Of a stretch of 64,000 nt of DNA, positions 39,471 to 49,225 are shown piece after piece (positions within the stretch are counted from its first letter, which is position 1; every line of letters starts with the position of its first letter). This DNA comes from a virus, in the IMG/VR virus record IMGVR_UViG_3300047491_001293, positions 20,312-84,311 of that record; one strand, given 5' to 3'. The notes beneath the pieces are model-generated. The model saw only the letters and a list, made by a program, of their open reading frames with translations. It had not been told where the DNA came from and did not search any database. The translations under genes were made by a program, and so were the position numbers.

Positions 39471-40019
39471 ATGAAATTTGAAGAATATGCTGCCATGAGG
39501 GAGGCGACCACTCCCATGATCCTAAAAGAAAGTACAAATGGCCTTTCAGAGAACATAAAATACCATCTGGAAAACAATTTGTCTCTTTCGGACAGTGTAT
39601 TTAGAATTGGTTCCACCGCATACTTAGATCTTGTCAATGAGGTGCGTGACTTGCACCTTGATGGCAAACTGGAACTCAATGAAAATGATCTATTCATCAT
39701 CATGACTGAGGCTGGGCGTACTGGCGTATATCAAGGAAAACAAGTTCCACTCGACAGCCCAAAAAGAGGCGGATCAAAGAAATTCTATGTTTTTGTCAAT
39801 AGCGGCAGAAAAAACGCAGATGGCCGTGTTGTGGCCAAAAAAGTCAGTTGGGGAGACCGAAAACTTTCAGTCAAAAACCAAAGCGACAAGGCCAGAAAGA
39901 GCTTTTTGGCACGGCACAAATGCTCACAGAAATCAGATAGGAAAACCGCTGGATGGTGGGCATGCAATGTAAACAGATATGCCAAACAGCTCGGTCTTGT
40001 AAGCACAAAAAAATGGTGA
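39471..40019 (+). CDS. Conserved large-phage hypothetical protein
   Basis: KKFYVFV..KKVSWGD..RKSFLARHKC..AGWWAC; TATATA box. Confidence 0.75.
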   Translation: MKFEEYAAMREATTPMILKESTNGLSENIKYHLENNLSLSDSVFRIGSTAYLDLVNEVRDLHLDGKLELNENDLFIIMTEAGRTGVYQGKQVPLDSPKRGGSKKFYVFVNSGRKNADGRVVAKKVSWGDRKLSVKNQSDKARKSFLARHKCSQKSDRKTAGWWACNVNRYAKQLGLVSTKKW

Positions 40020-40023
40020 TCAA

Positions 40024-40296
40024 ATGCTGCCATTCAAGCAAAAGAAAGTTTCCAGTGATAAGGTCATAAGGACATTCAGCCAGGACACACCCAGCGAGGA
40101 ATTCAAGTGGCATAGAGATGCCGAAGACAGGATCATAAAACCACTGCAGGAAACAGATTGGAAAATTCAAATTGACAATCAATTGCCAGTGGCCATCAAA
40201 GGCATCATGGAAATACCAGCGGGTGTATATCATAGGGTCATCAAGGGCACTGGAAACCTGCACCTTGAGATAGAAATGAATCCAAAAGAGGTTTGA
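40024..40296 (+). CDS. Small cupin-like phage protein
   Basis: WHRDAEDR, IPAGVYHRVIKG. Confidence 0.75.
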   Translation: MLPFKQKKVSSDKVIRTFSQDTPSEEFKWHRDAEDRIIKPLQETDWKIQIDNQLPVAIKGIMEIPAGVYHRVIKGTGNLHLEIEMNPKEV

Positions 40297-40964
40297 TGTT
40301 CAAGCCTGGGCCGCTCTACAACAAGCGATACCACATCATGGAGCGACTGAGAAAAGTTTCGCTTGAGACTGGCGATGTCTTTTACAATGGCTCAAATGTC
40401 CGTGGGCCACTTGGAATTCCATTTGGTGGTCTCATACAGTTGTTCACAAAATCCGTCTACAGCCACGCAACAGTAGCTCTTGTTGAAGAGGGTGAATACT
40501 ACGCCATAGATGTCTCAGATTATGGGTGCAGGAAGTTACGCATCATTGACTGGTTTGACAACTGGGGGGTTGAGGACTTTTGTGTGGTTCGTTTGAAGGA
40601 AAAAAAGACTGATGATGAGGAAAGATTTAAAGTCGCCATCAAGAAATTTCTTGATGAAGACCCAAGCTATGATTTCACCTTCAACGACCCAAAAGCATAC
40701 TACTGCACCGAGTCGGTCAAGCGCATATATGGCGAGCTTGGCTATGATCTTGGAGGTAGCTATCTCATCAAAGACATAGTTCCATGGTGGTTCTACCCGC
40801 TGTTGCGAATTGGCTCAGTGATGACAAAAATTGCAAGCGGTGCATCGCTGCCAACCGATGTCAAAATATCGATAGTCGGCAATGAAGAAAAAGGCATGCT
40901 CGCAAGTACGCTTACTAGGAAACTGATCGCATATGATGGCAAAGATTTCACTTATTTTTCTTAG
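40296..40964 (+). CDS. Permuted NlpC/P60 (YiiX/YebB-like) amidase
   Basis: LETGD, YSHA, YDFTF, YYCTE. Confidence 0.8.
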   Translation: MFKPGPLYNKRYHIMERLRKVSLETGDVFYNGSNVRGPLGIPFGGLIQLFTKSVYSHATVALVEEGEYYAIDVSDYGCRKLRIIDWFDNWGVEDFCVVRLKEKKTDDEERFKVAIKKFLDEDPSYDFTFNDPKAYYCTESVKRIYGELGYDLGGSYLIKDIVPWWFYPLLRIGSVMTKIASGASLPTDVKISIVGNEEKGMLASTLTRKLIAYDGKDFTYFS

Positions 40965-41418
40965 TGCCATGCTGGCAGCTGGCTGCCCGAGTCACCAAGA
41001 CACTAGCTGGAAAGACATCAAGCCTTGGGACGAAAGCGCACCAGGCCACGATGATGCGGCCAAGGATGGCACAAGTTCCAAGCTTTTGTCACTTCACAAC
41101 AAGCAGAGGGAATTGCGTGGCAGGACAGGACTTGCAATCGACAGCTACCTTGAGAAATATGCGCAAAAGCACGCAGAGTGGATGGCAAACAAGCATAACC
41201 TACAGCATTCTGACATATCGGTTCTGATGGGGAGATACCACACAGCCGGTGAAAACATAGCTTGGAACCAAGAGGATGAGCTGGAAGTTGTCAACGCATG
41301 GATGAAATCGCCTGGCCACAGGGATAACATTATGAATAGGCAGTTCAGCAAGGTTGGTTTCGGTGTGGCGCAAGCTGGCGATGGAAGCCTATTCTGGTGT
41401 ACGGTATTCGGAGACTGA
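40936..41418 (+). CDS. CAP-domain lipoprotein
   Basis: Lipobox LAAGC; HN..R, GENIA, WMKSPGHRDNI, FW. Confidence 0.9.
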   Translation: MAKISLIFLSAMLAAGCPSHQDTSWKDIKPWDESAPGHDDAAKDGTSSKLLSLHNKQRELRGRTGLAIDSYLEKYAQKHAEWMANKHNLQHSDISVLMGRYHTAGENIAWNQEDELEVVNAWMKSPGHRDNIMNRQFSKVGFGVAQAGDGSLFWCTVFGD

Positions 41419-41850
41419 AACCATCTGCAAGTAGAGCGTGCTTGGTGGCTCTGGGTAGTAAAACCGTATGTAGGGACAAAGCCATGTCTGTTGGCCTGGC
41501 ATAACGCCAGAAAGGTTCTCGGAGTGGACATCATAGATCCACCCGTCATAGAGCGGCTCCTTGTAGGTTATCCTGACATCACATCCAGGGAAATACCCAT
41601 CAGACACCAGCAGCACAAAGCCCTTTTCATAGTTCTCTATGCTTTTAATTTTACAACCGTGATTAATGAGCCTATCGGCGCCAATGATGACAGGGCTCAG
41701 TGCCGCATCTGTCATCCCGGCTGGCGCAAAATCATAAAGCTCATCCTCATGCTCAAAGACCCATCTGTCCTTGGATTTGAGGACAAAGAAAGGCTTTATT
41801 CCCATTTTCTCATAGTCGCTGCGTGTGTCTGAATTTTCAAAGAATCCCAT
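41389..41850 (-). CDS. DUF6717-like protein
   Basis: WVF..GAD..GF.L..S..FPG..GWIY..WLCP..Y..PP. Confidence 0.6.
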   Translation of the reverse strand: MGFFENSDTRSDYEKMGIKPFFVLKSKDRWVFEHEDELYDFAPAGMTDAALSPVIIGADRLINHGCKIKSIENYEKGFVLLVSDGYFPGCDVRITYKEPLYDGWIYDVHSENLSGVMPGQQTWLCPYIRFYYPEPPSTLYLQMVSVSEYRTPE

Positions 41851-41852
41851 AT

Positions 41853-42269
41853 TCACACCTTGCCATGGTTTTTGCTTTTTATTTTCATAGACATTGTCAT
41901 TGCCTTAACAGGGGCGGTGAACAAGTGAAGCAGCATGTTTGACCTGCCATTCTTGATCTCAAATGCAATGGCCGGGCACTCAAATTGGTTCTTGCCACGA
42001 CTTAGCAGAACAATGTCCTTAACAATTATTCCTTTAGACTTGCACGCCTTTGTGAACTTATTGATCCCAAACAGAAATGAGAAATACCCAGTCTTTCCAT
42101 CCTTGGGACCGCCAACAATCTCATGCCTCATTGGGCAAACAAAAATGTGTGTAAGCCCATCAAACGACTGGACTGAATGTGGCAGAAAGTTTACTTTTTT
42201 TTCCCTTTTTGTAAACCAACACTCAGACAGTGTTGACAAAATTGCCTTTATCGCTTGTTTCTTTTTCAT
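41853..42269 (-). CDS. Hypothetical protein
   Basis: 138 aa; HEIVGGPKDG. Confidence 0.6.
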   Translation of the reverse strand: MKKKQAIKAILSTLSECWFTKREKKVNFLPHSVQSFDGLTHIFVCPMRHEIVGGPKDGKTGYFSFLFGINKFTKACKSKGIIVKDIVLLSRGKNQFECPAIAFEIKNGRSNMLLHLFTAPVKAMTMSMKIKSKNHGKV

Positions 42270-42280
42270 TTATGCATTCC

Positions 42281-42514
42281 CTAAAATGGTAGTTCTGGGT
42301 CTTGTATATCGTAAATAATTGGGGCAGCAACCTTATAGTCACGGCCTATCGCCTCAACAATCTTTTGTTTCTCATGGTCATCAACTTGCTCCAAAGCGAC
42401 AATGAACATGTCCAAAATGGCGTTTTTCTCATCCTCTGGATATGTCGAAGCGCTTTTGGCAACCTTTGAAAGAAATTCAATCAAAATCTTTTTGTGTCGC
42501 AGAGAAACTTTCAT
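42281..42514 (-). CDS. Hypothetical protein
   Basis: From MKVSL (AAGGGG SD); TG-C-TATAAT upstream. Confidence 0.55.
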   Translation of the reverse strand: MKVSLRHKKILIEFLSKVAKSASTYPEDEKNAILDMFIVALEQVDDHEKQKIVEAIGRDYKVAAPIIYDIQDPELPF

Positions 42515-42580
42515 AGGCGGTGCCCCTTCGGACACATTATAGCATCAATTGCAAATTGCTAAAGTACATTTGGAAAAAAC

Positions 42581-43417
42581 TCACCAAACAATTGATTCGC
42601 CCTTGCAAAGGTCATGTTTGTAGTCAAATATCTTACGGTGCAAAAGTTCGGCAAAAACAGCCGGGTTCACAAATTCATTCATATTGCACTGTTTTGAATT
42701 CTCTGCGATAAGACTCTCAACTTGATGGATGAAGCTTGTCTTGCCGAGAAAACTCTGTGTGGATATCAATCTGCCATGCAAGTCATTGTTTATCCATTTT
42801 TTTCTCAACAAATCATCACAAATCATTACGAGTTTTTCACTTGCATCAACCCATTCTGGATGCATTGGCGAAATAAGGTCAATGACATAAATTTCTGGAT
42901 TTTTTTCAAGATAAGAAAAGACAAATCTCAAACTGTGAAAATAATTTCTTTGCTGGGTAAAACCAAGGCTCTTGCCAATGTCCTCTATCTCATCCATCTG
43001 CGGGTTCGTGTGGAGAATGACTTGGTATTTGGCCCACGGTGAGCAATCAAGAACCTCATGCTCTTGCCCCCACTCCAACTGCCCAGGATCCACAAATGAA
43101 TATGGGAAAATCCTTAACTCAAGTGATTCTGGCTGTACCTTGAGAACCGAAAGGCTTTCGCCGGCACAGTTTGTCCTAATGTCTCCATCAACACCAATCG
43201 CAAATGATTTAATGCCAGCACCAGTGCGCAAAGCCCTGGCTGTTGTCTCAATTAAATCATTTGATTTCAAAAGAATTATCGCATTGCAAACACCTTCTGA
43301 TGTGATCAAGATGAAGGAAGGAATAATCTTGCTGCCAGAGTGCTCACTCCAGTAGACCTTGAATAATCTGGAAAACTCAAAAACATCCTTTTCTAACTTA
43401 TCACGAAGACGAAACAT
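42581..43417 (-). CDS. Hypothetical protein
   Basis: 278 aa from MFRLR (AAGGAAGG SD). Confidence 0.65.
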   Translation of the reverse strand: MFRLRDKLEKDVFEFSRLFKVYWSEHSGSKIIPSFILITSEGVCNAIILLKSNDLIETTARALRTGAGIKSFAIGVDGDIRTNCAGESLSVLKVQPESLELRIFPYSFVDPGQLEWGQEHEVLDCSPWAKYQVILHTNPQMDEIEDIGKSLGFTQQRNYFHSLRFVFSYLEKNPEIYVIDLISPMHPEWVDASEKLVMICDDLLRKKWINNDLHGRLISTQSFLGKTSFIHQVESLIAENSKQCNMNEFVNPAVFAELLHRKIFDYKHDLCKGESIVW

Positions 43418-43459
43418 AGATTCCTTCCTTGGTAGTGCACCCAAGGAATTATAAAGGTT

Positions 43460-43756
43460 TTATCGCATTTGTACATAGATCATTTGTGGCCACATGCCAA
43501 ATTTCTTCAAAAAATTAATTGGCATGAAAAACTTATCGCTTGGCTTTCCACCAAGTATACTATATTCATTGTCAGCATCATGTTTCTCGAGCACAAAATC
43601 AGTGCTGGGTAATTTTCCAGCACTTACCACCATGCAGCCTCGATTATCGCAACCATTGATTAATTTAGCCAAGTTTTTTGGCACAATTGACTGCCACTCG
43701 GAGAATGTCAATTGGCAACCTTCAGACTTCAATGGGATAACAACAAGACTATTCAT
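43460..43756 (-). CDS. Hypothetical protein
   Basis: 98 aa, overlapping the upstream gene. Confidence 0.55.
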   Translation of the reverse strand: MNSLVVIPLKSEGCQLTFSEWQSIVPKNLAKLINGCDNRGCMVVSAGKLPSTDFVLEKHDADNEYSILGGKPSDKFFMPINFLKKFGMWPQMIYVQMR

Positions 43757-44675
43757 TGCTCAAACCCATGTAGTTCCTAATGGCCTCAATTGCCGATTTT
43801 AAATTGTTGTTGATGCTCATTTTTGAGTATGGCTTTCCAGTCTCTGGATTTATCGTCTCAGATGCAAGCCTAGTCTGCCATCCCCATTCACAGTGCATGA
43901 ACGCATTGATTGACCTGCGTTGGAGATCGGTGAGTGGCACATCACTTAAATTAATTCCAAGATTTGGAATTTGCTCGGAAACCTTGTCTTGAATGACCCT
44001 GTCACAATCGGACATGCTCATTGTTGATGTTATTTCAATCTGCTGTTTGAGGTTGTTTTTCTGCTTCTTTGTCAGACCCATGGAGTTCATAACCTCTTCG
44101 ACGGACATGGTTGGGTTTTTGCACATGTTCTCATCAAACCGCAAACGCAAAAGATTCCACTTCTCAGGGTATTTGATGATACCACTTTCCTCTGCGGTGA
44201 ACCTTGTCGACATCGATCTGTGGCACTTTTTCAAATACTCTATCAAACTCAAGCGTGGCTTGGTGTAGAGGTAGATTGAATCCATAATCTTGAGTATAAA
44301 CTCAGATAACTTATCTTGGTTGCCATTGCACCAGGATGTGAAAAGTGGAATGTAGCCAGAGACCAAGGCATCTTCAATAGTTTGGCCATCCAGCATCTGA
44401 TGTGGGCTTTTAACGATGTAAACCGTCTTGAGATCCTCAAGAAATTGCTCATGTTCAGAAAATGGCACAACATCCAGAGCCTTGGCGAGCCTATCCATGT
44501 CAATTGACCCATTGCGCCATGCGCTCAAGACAATGGCTCTAAACTGGACTCTTTCCTTCTTTTTAACCATGGCTGTGTATTTCTTTAAAGCTCTTGCGCT
44601 CTTGGATAAATGTTTGCGGATGTAAAGAAATTGTTCTTTTGTCAATTTTTTATACTTAATTATGTTAGCAATCAT
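43749..44675 (-). CDS. Divergent sigma-factor-like / HTH protein
   Basis: C-terminal LTDLQRR...QTRLA...YSKMSINNNLKSAIEAIR resembles sigma region 4; AGGAG SD. Confidence 0.45.
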   Translation of the reverse strand: MIANIIKYKKLTKEQFLYIRKHLSKSARALKKYTAMVKKKERVQFRAIVLSAWRNGSIDMDRLAKALDVVPFSEHEQFLEDLKTVYIVKSPHQMLDGQTIEDALVSGYIPLFTSWCNGNQDKLSEFILKIMDSIYLYTKPRLSLIEYLKKCHRSMSTRFTAEESGIIKYPEKWNLLRLRFDENMCKNPTMSVEEVMNSMGLTKKQKNNLKQQIEITSTMSMSDCDRVIQDKVSEQIPNLGINLSDVPLTDLQRRSINAFMHCEWGWQTRLASETINPETGKPYSKMSINNNLKSAIEAIRNYMGLSNE

Positions 44676-44891
44676 TGCTTTCTCCTACATGGTTTACAAA
44701 TGAAACAACATAGTAAATGTAACAAGTGATTGAATTAAATCAATAGTTTTTTTACAACTATTTTTGTAAACAATGCATTTATTGACATAAATCTTTAAAC
44801 AACAAAGATTTAAAAAAACAAATAAGCTTGCCGAACGATCTTAAAAAGAGATAAAATAGATAATTAGACATGTGTCTAATGAAAGGTTTAT

Positions 44892-45296
44892 ATGAATTCA
44901 ATCCATCTTTACGAATCTACAGTCGGAAGAATCAGTTTTGATTTTGATGATACCCTATGCATGTCCAACGGCAAGCCAAACATGGCCATGGTGGAAAAAC
45001 TCAAAATGCACCATAGGAATGGCCATGAAGTAGTCATAGTTACAGCCAGAAACAGAGATCATGAAAGCGACTCATGGATTAAAGAAAATGAGCCAAATAG
45101 AGTTAAGGTCATGGACTTCATTAAAATTCACAATCTACCCGTAACCTCCGTTTACTTCACCAACCACGCCCCAAAAGGTCCAATACTGCAACAACAAAAC
45201 ATTTTTGCTCATTATGACGACGATAAGGATCAATTGCATTCAACTCAATCGCATGGAGTCCAAGCAATCGGAGTGGGAATAGATGCAAAGAGTTAA
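44892..45296 (+). CDS. Cap-less HAD-superfamily phosphatase
   Basis: SFDFDDTL, VIVTAR, K, HYDDD. Confidence 0.8.
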   Translation: MNSIHLYESTVGRISFDFDDTLCMSNGKPNMAMVEKLKMHHRNGHEVVIVTARNRDHESDSWIKENEPNRVKVMDFIKIHNLPVTSVYFTNHAPKGPILQQQNIFAHYDDDKDQLHSTQSHGVQAIGVGIDAKS

Positions 45297-45972
45297 AACA
45301 ATTGATGGACGCCTTCCAATCATTGTATTTGCGCCGCACGGTTTTGACGGGAATGATGAAAATACCTCAATTGTTGCCGAAGCGATAGCTAAGCAAATAA
45401 ACGCAAGCGCTGTGATCAACCTTGGGTGGGAGCGCTCCGACACAGTTGACTGTCTAAATGACAAGGCGGATTGTAACAATGTGCACCATTGCCACGAAGA
45501 TGTAGTCAAAGATGAAATACTTGACCCGATCATGAGGTTTGTGCAAAGGGCAAAGGCAACAAGTAAATCTGTTTACATATTGAACATACATGGAATGAGT
45601 GACAGTCACAGAATCACGGCGAAGGATAAGCTCGATCTTGTGATAGGATTTGGCGAGGGCGACCCGCCAAGTTTCAGCATGGACATCTGGAGAAAGAACT
45701 TCATGATGTCACGGCTCATGGGCTTTGGAATAAACGCCTATGAAGGCAAGCCAGGTGGCAAGTTTTCTGGATGGGCCAAGTCAAACATGAACCAGCTCTT
45801 CCGTAAGTGGTACCCAGACCAAAGGGTTCAGAGCGTACAAGTTGAGCTGACACACGAGATAAGAAGCACTAAAACCATGTGTTTGCTAACTGCCGACTAT
45901 CTAGCGACTACCATTGAAGACCTCATGAACACAACAAACTTCTCAACCATGACAACATTTAAGTCTTATTAG
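45283..45972 (+). CDS. Zn amidohydrolase (N-formylglutamate amidohydrolase / poly-gamma-glutamate hydrolase-like)
   Basis: FAPHG..DENT, NIHGM, VQVEL. Confidence 0.6.
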   Translation: MQRVKTIDGRLPIIVFAPHGFDGNDENTSIVAEAIAKQINASAVINLGWERSDTVDCLNDKADCNNVHHCHEDVVKDEILDPIMRFVQRAKATSKSVYILNIHGMSDSHRITAKDKLDLVIGFGEGDPPSFSMDIWRKNFMMSRLMGFGINAYEGKPGGKFSGWAKSNMNQLFRKWYPDQRVQSVQVELTHEIRSTKTMCLLTADYLATTIEDLMNTTNFSTMTTFKSY

Positions 45973-46442
45973 TCTGGTTGCTTGCTGTTGTTGTCAATGA
46001 AATCCTTGTCCTCGCCATCAATCTTCAGGTTTTTTGGTGTCCTGCTCATTGTCCAGTCGTGGTTCAGCATGATGAGATCTTTGCCAGAATTAGCACCAAT
46101 TATGCTGAAGTTCTCATTGCTTGTTATCCCCAACACCCCAATTTTTCTTGAATTTTTTTTTAATTCATCTTCGATCTTGCCAATTCTTTCAATGAGACCA
46201 TCATCTTTCTGGCTTTTTTCTAAAAAATCATTGGTTGCTTTCTGAATTTTCTCCAGATGAAAATGCCCAGAAACCCACTGTTTAAAGCCAGAAATTTTTT
46301 TGTATGCGTAAACAGACGCTATGGCCAAAATTAAAATGAAAGCCATGGTCAAGAGGCCACCATTACCACGCCTTTGTTTTTTTATGATGATGATTGGCTG
46401 TTGATCAATTACCTTCTGTAGTTCTTTTTCCCACTTTTCCAT
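45969..46442 (-). CDS. Single-pass membrane protein
   Basis: From MEKWE; TM GLLTMAFILILAIASVYAY. Confidence 0.65.
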   Translation of the reverse strand: MEKWEKELQKVIDQQPIIIIKKQRRGNGGLLTMAFILILAIASVYAYKKISGFKQWVSGHFHLEKIQKATNDFLEKSQKDDGLIERIGKIEDELKKNSRKIGVLGITSNENFSIIGANSGKDLIMLNHDWTMSRTPKNLKIDGEDKDFIDNNSKQPD

Positions 46443-47346
46443 GATTGCCACCTTTAATCTCATTCTGGCCAAGTATTGATCGTGGCAGAGTGACGCTTAC
46501 GCCGCCAACATGACACTCCAAAAGCTGGCCGAAGCAAAACAATGGCAAAACGGCAGTCCCACGCCTAATGTTGCCGATGTATTTGTGCTTAAAAACCTTT
46601 GGGCCAACCAAAGGTCTGCCAAGCAGCCTTGCCCTATCATCCCTATATATTGCCAAGTCGGTCATAGTCACCAAAGCACCATCGCCATGTGTCGCATCTA
46701 AGTGACAATTTATTGGACTTGACAGTTTGTTTCGTGCATCTTCCAGAACCAAATGCAAAACCTTACTGTTAGACTTGCCATTCTTGTCATGGATTTTTTT
46801 GAGTTTTTTCAAATCTTCAAGCCTCAAACTAGAATGTCCCTTAAGGCTGTTGCAGACACTGCACATAGTCTGATAATTACTGATATGGTCCTTGCCGCCA
46901 CGGCACCTTGGATGGATGTGATCCCTAGTCATCAAGACAAGATCTCCACCAGATTCTGCGTACAAATTTAGGTGTGGGCTCTCATCACCATCATGCATCT
47001 CCACAAGAACAACACAACCAGTGACGCCACAGCATACACATTTGTTGTTCTCACGGAAAAGAGAAAACCTATGACTGTTCATCCTTGCCCGTGTTTTCTT
47101 GCCTAACATTGGCACGCCTATAGACAGCTCGCCATCTATTTCTTTGAGCAATTTATTCCATGAAAGCTTTTTAATGCCCTTTGGCTTTTTTCTGCCGCTG
47201 GTAGATTTGACCGATACTTCGGCATGGTGAATGCCAGCAATGCCAAGTGATTCCAATATGGATTCAGTGGCAATCCTATCCATATCCTCACGAGGGCCGG
47301 AAAACCTTGTCCTGTATTTTATGGTTGCCTCGACCAAGTACCTCAT
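46405..47346 (-). CDS. HNH endonuclease
   Basis: CVCCG...TRDHIHPRCRGGKDHISNYQTMCSVCN. Confidence 0.88.
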   Translation of the reverse strand: MRYLVEATIKYRTRFSGPREDMDRIATESILESLGIAGIHHAEVSVKSTSGRKKPKGIKKLSWNKLLKEIDGELSIGVPMLGKKTRARMNSHRFSLFRENNKCVCCGVTGCVVLVEMHDGDESPHLNLYAESGGDLVLMTRDHIHPRCRGGKDHISNYQTMCSVCNSLKGHSSLRLEDLKKLKKIHDKNGKSNSKVLHLVLEDARNKLSSPINCHLDATHGDGALVTMTDLAIYRDDRARLLGRPLVGPKVFKHKYIGNIRRGTAVLPLFCFGQLLECHVGGVSVTLPRSILGQNEIKGGNHGKVGKRTTEGN

Positions 47347-47600
47347 GAGAACATCTCATTCATCATGTCGGCCTCGGCTTGACTGTAAAGAAGCTCATAT
47401 ACCATGAGGCCGCAATAGGCGGTGAGGAGCCTGCTCTTGGATGTCTTTGAAAAGCTTTTTATCCAATTGCTTATGATGGGATTTACCTTTTCTATCTCCT
47501 CAAGGCGACGCTCTATGTACTCGAAGTCATCTGCGTTCTGCAGGTTGCCTATCAAGGAGTATGTCGTCTCCCGCTTGACTATAGGGAGGTATTTGTTCAT
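47343..47600 (-). CDS. Hypothetical protein
   Basis: 85 aa, ATGA-coupled to the HNH gene. Confidence 0.6.
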   Translation of the reverse strand: MNKYLPIVKRETTYSLIGNLQNADDFEYIERRLEEIEKVNPIISNWIKSFSKTSKSRLLTAYCGLMVYELLYSQAEADMMNEMFS

Positions 47601-47611
47601 GTTGCCTTTGC

Positions 47612-48538
47612 TTACGCTCTCACGAGCACATAATCGTTAAAAACTTGCCCCAGTTGATGGTCTGGGAATCCCCTGTTGTATGGCGGCCTCATGATCCTTG
47701 ACTTGACCATTTCATTCTGCTTGAAGAAAGGGTCAATGTCAGACCTCACACAGTCATGCGATATGGCCTTGAGCTTCGCCTGGCCAAACCACCTGTTGTT
47801 GTCAACTTGGGGGAAATATGTCCGTTGCTTTATGTCATTCTCATAGCCAAGCTGCTTTAGCTCATCGTCGGTGAAAACAAGATGAATGTAGGCCTTGTTT
47901 ATCTTCTTGTACAAATGTGTCGCATGCCTTGATGATATGGGATGGCATCGAACATAGATTCTTCCCTGAGGCGCAAGCATATCTCTGGCTGTCGCAAGTA
48001 TGTTGACAGGATCCTCAGAGTGGTCAAGGACATCATACAACAAAATCAAATCATATGGGCCTCCAGCCTTGGCCTTTTCAATGTCCGTTGTAAGCAGGCA
48101 ATTTCCAGTTTGTGAATCCCAGGTTAGCCCGCCCAGCTGCTTGGTGTCGTAGCCTATGGCACTTTCGGCGCCAAGCTCAACAGCCTTCTGAGCCACATGG
48201 CCTTCGCCGCATCCAAAATCCAAGAATTTTTTGCCCTTTATGTCCTGACCCATGTAGGCCAGAATGCCCTCTGCTCTCTCATACTTGTCCTTGTCGGACT
48301 CCTCGCAAATAAGAAAGTCTGGGGCCGCCTGTGGCCACTGCCCACTTCCCAAAAGATCCTTAAGAGCCTCAAATGTGGCAGCCGTAGGCTGCGTTTCTGG
48401 TTTTGTTTCTGGCTTAGTTTTAGACTCTGGCTTTGAATCTTGAGGCGTCTGAATAGACCCTTGATTTGAAGCCCTAGACCCTTCCTTCAAGATCGCAATT
48501 ATTTCCTCGAGCTTTTTTACAAGCAAATCCACATTCAT
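47612..48538 (-). CDS. Class I SAM methyltransferase
   Basis: FLDFGCGEG, YDLILLYDVLDH, LAPQG; AGGAG SD and TAGATA box. Confidence 0.85.
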   Translation of the reverse strand: MNVDLLVKKLEEIIAILKEGSRASNQGSIQTPQDSKPESKTKPETKPETQPTAATFEALKDLLGSGQWPQAAPDFLICEESDKDKYERAEGILAYMGQDIKGKKFLDFGCGEGHVAQKAVELGAESAIGYDTKQLGGLTWDSQTGNCLLTTDIEKAKAGGPYDLILLYDVLDHSEDPVNILATARDMLAPQGRIYVRCHPISSRHATHLYKKINKAYIHLVFTDDELKQLGYENDIKQRTYFPQVDNNRWFGQAKLKAISHDCVRSDIDPFFKQNEMVKSRIMRPPYNRGFPDHQLGQVFNDYVLVRA

Positions 48539-48579
48539 GAAAGTCTCCTAAGTTATCTAAACATATAATAGATACTGCT

Positions 48580-49218
48580 ATGAAATTATTTGTAGTACAC
48601 ACACATGTATGCACCCTTAAGTTTGTGCCAAAGCTGCACTTCATACAAAAGCACGACTTAAATCAGCTTCAAATGGACAGATTCACTGAAAACTGCCTTG
48701 CCGAAAATAGGATGCTGTACTATTTATCGCAGAACATTCATCTTTTGGACGACATCCATGTTGGCCTCGCCAGCGCTAGATGGAATGAAAAATATAGATG
48801 CATGAGGATACACCAGCTTCAGCTGCTAAAACCAGATGAAGAAACTGTTTATGCCGCTGAGCCAACGAACCGATGGTACGATGACAGCGAGTCAAACCAC
48901 CCAGGCATGCAGGGTTACATGCATGAGATAATGGACAGAAATGGGTGGAAAGAAACCAGTGGCATGTCATTTTACTCGAACAACTTTGTGTGCCACAGGA
49001 ACACCATGGTGGCGTTCCTGAAATGGTGGGTTGACAATTTTCAACACTTTTACGCAAAGCACAACAACCAATTCCATTTCAACAACAACTACAGAAGATA
49101 CAACCCAAAATTGCACCAGGCGTACTTCTACGAGCGACTTACCATCTTGTACTTTGCTAACCAAAAATATAAAATCAAGCCGATTGGCAACATTGAAGGC
49201 CACATCAAACTTTTATAG
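48580..49218 (+). CDS. DUF4422-like glycan-modifying protein
   Basis: LAE, FYSNNFV, AYFYERL; TAGATA 5 nt upstream. Confidence 0.5.
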   Translation: MKLFVVHTHVCTLKFVPKLHFIQKHDLNQLQMDRFTENCLAENRMLYYLSQNIHLLDDIHVGLASARWNEKYRCMRIHQLQLLKPDEETVYAAEPTNRWYDDSESNHPGMQGYMHEIMDRNGWKETSGMSFYSNNFVCHRNTMVAFLKWWVDNFQHFYAKHNNQFHFNNNYRRYNPKLHQAYFYERLTILYFANQKYKIKPIGNIEGHIKLL

Positions 49219-49225
49219 GCGAAAA

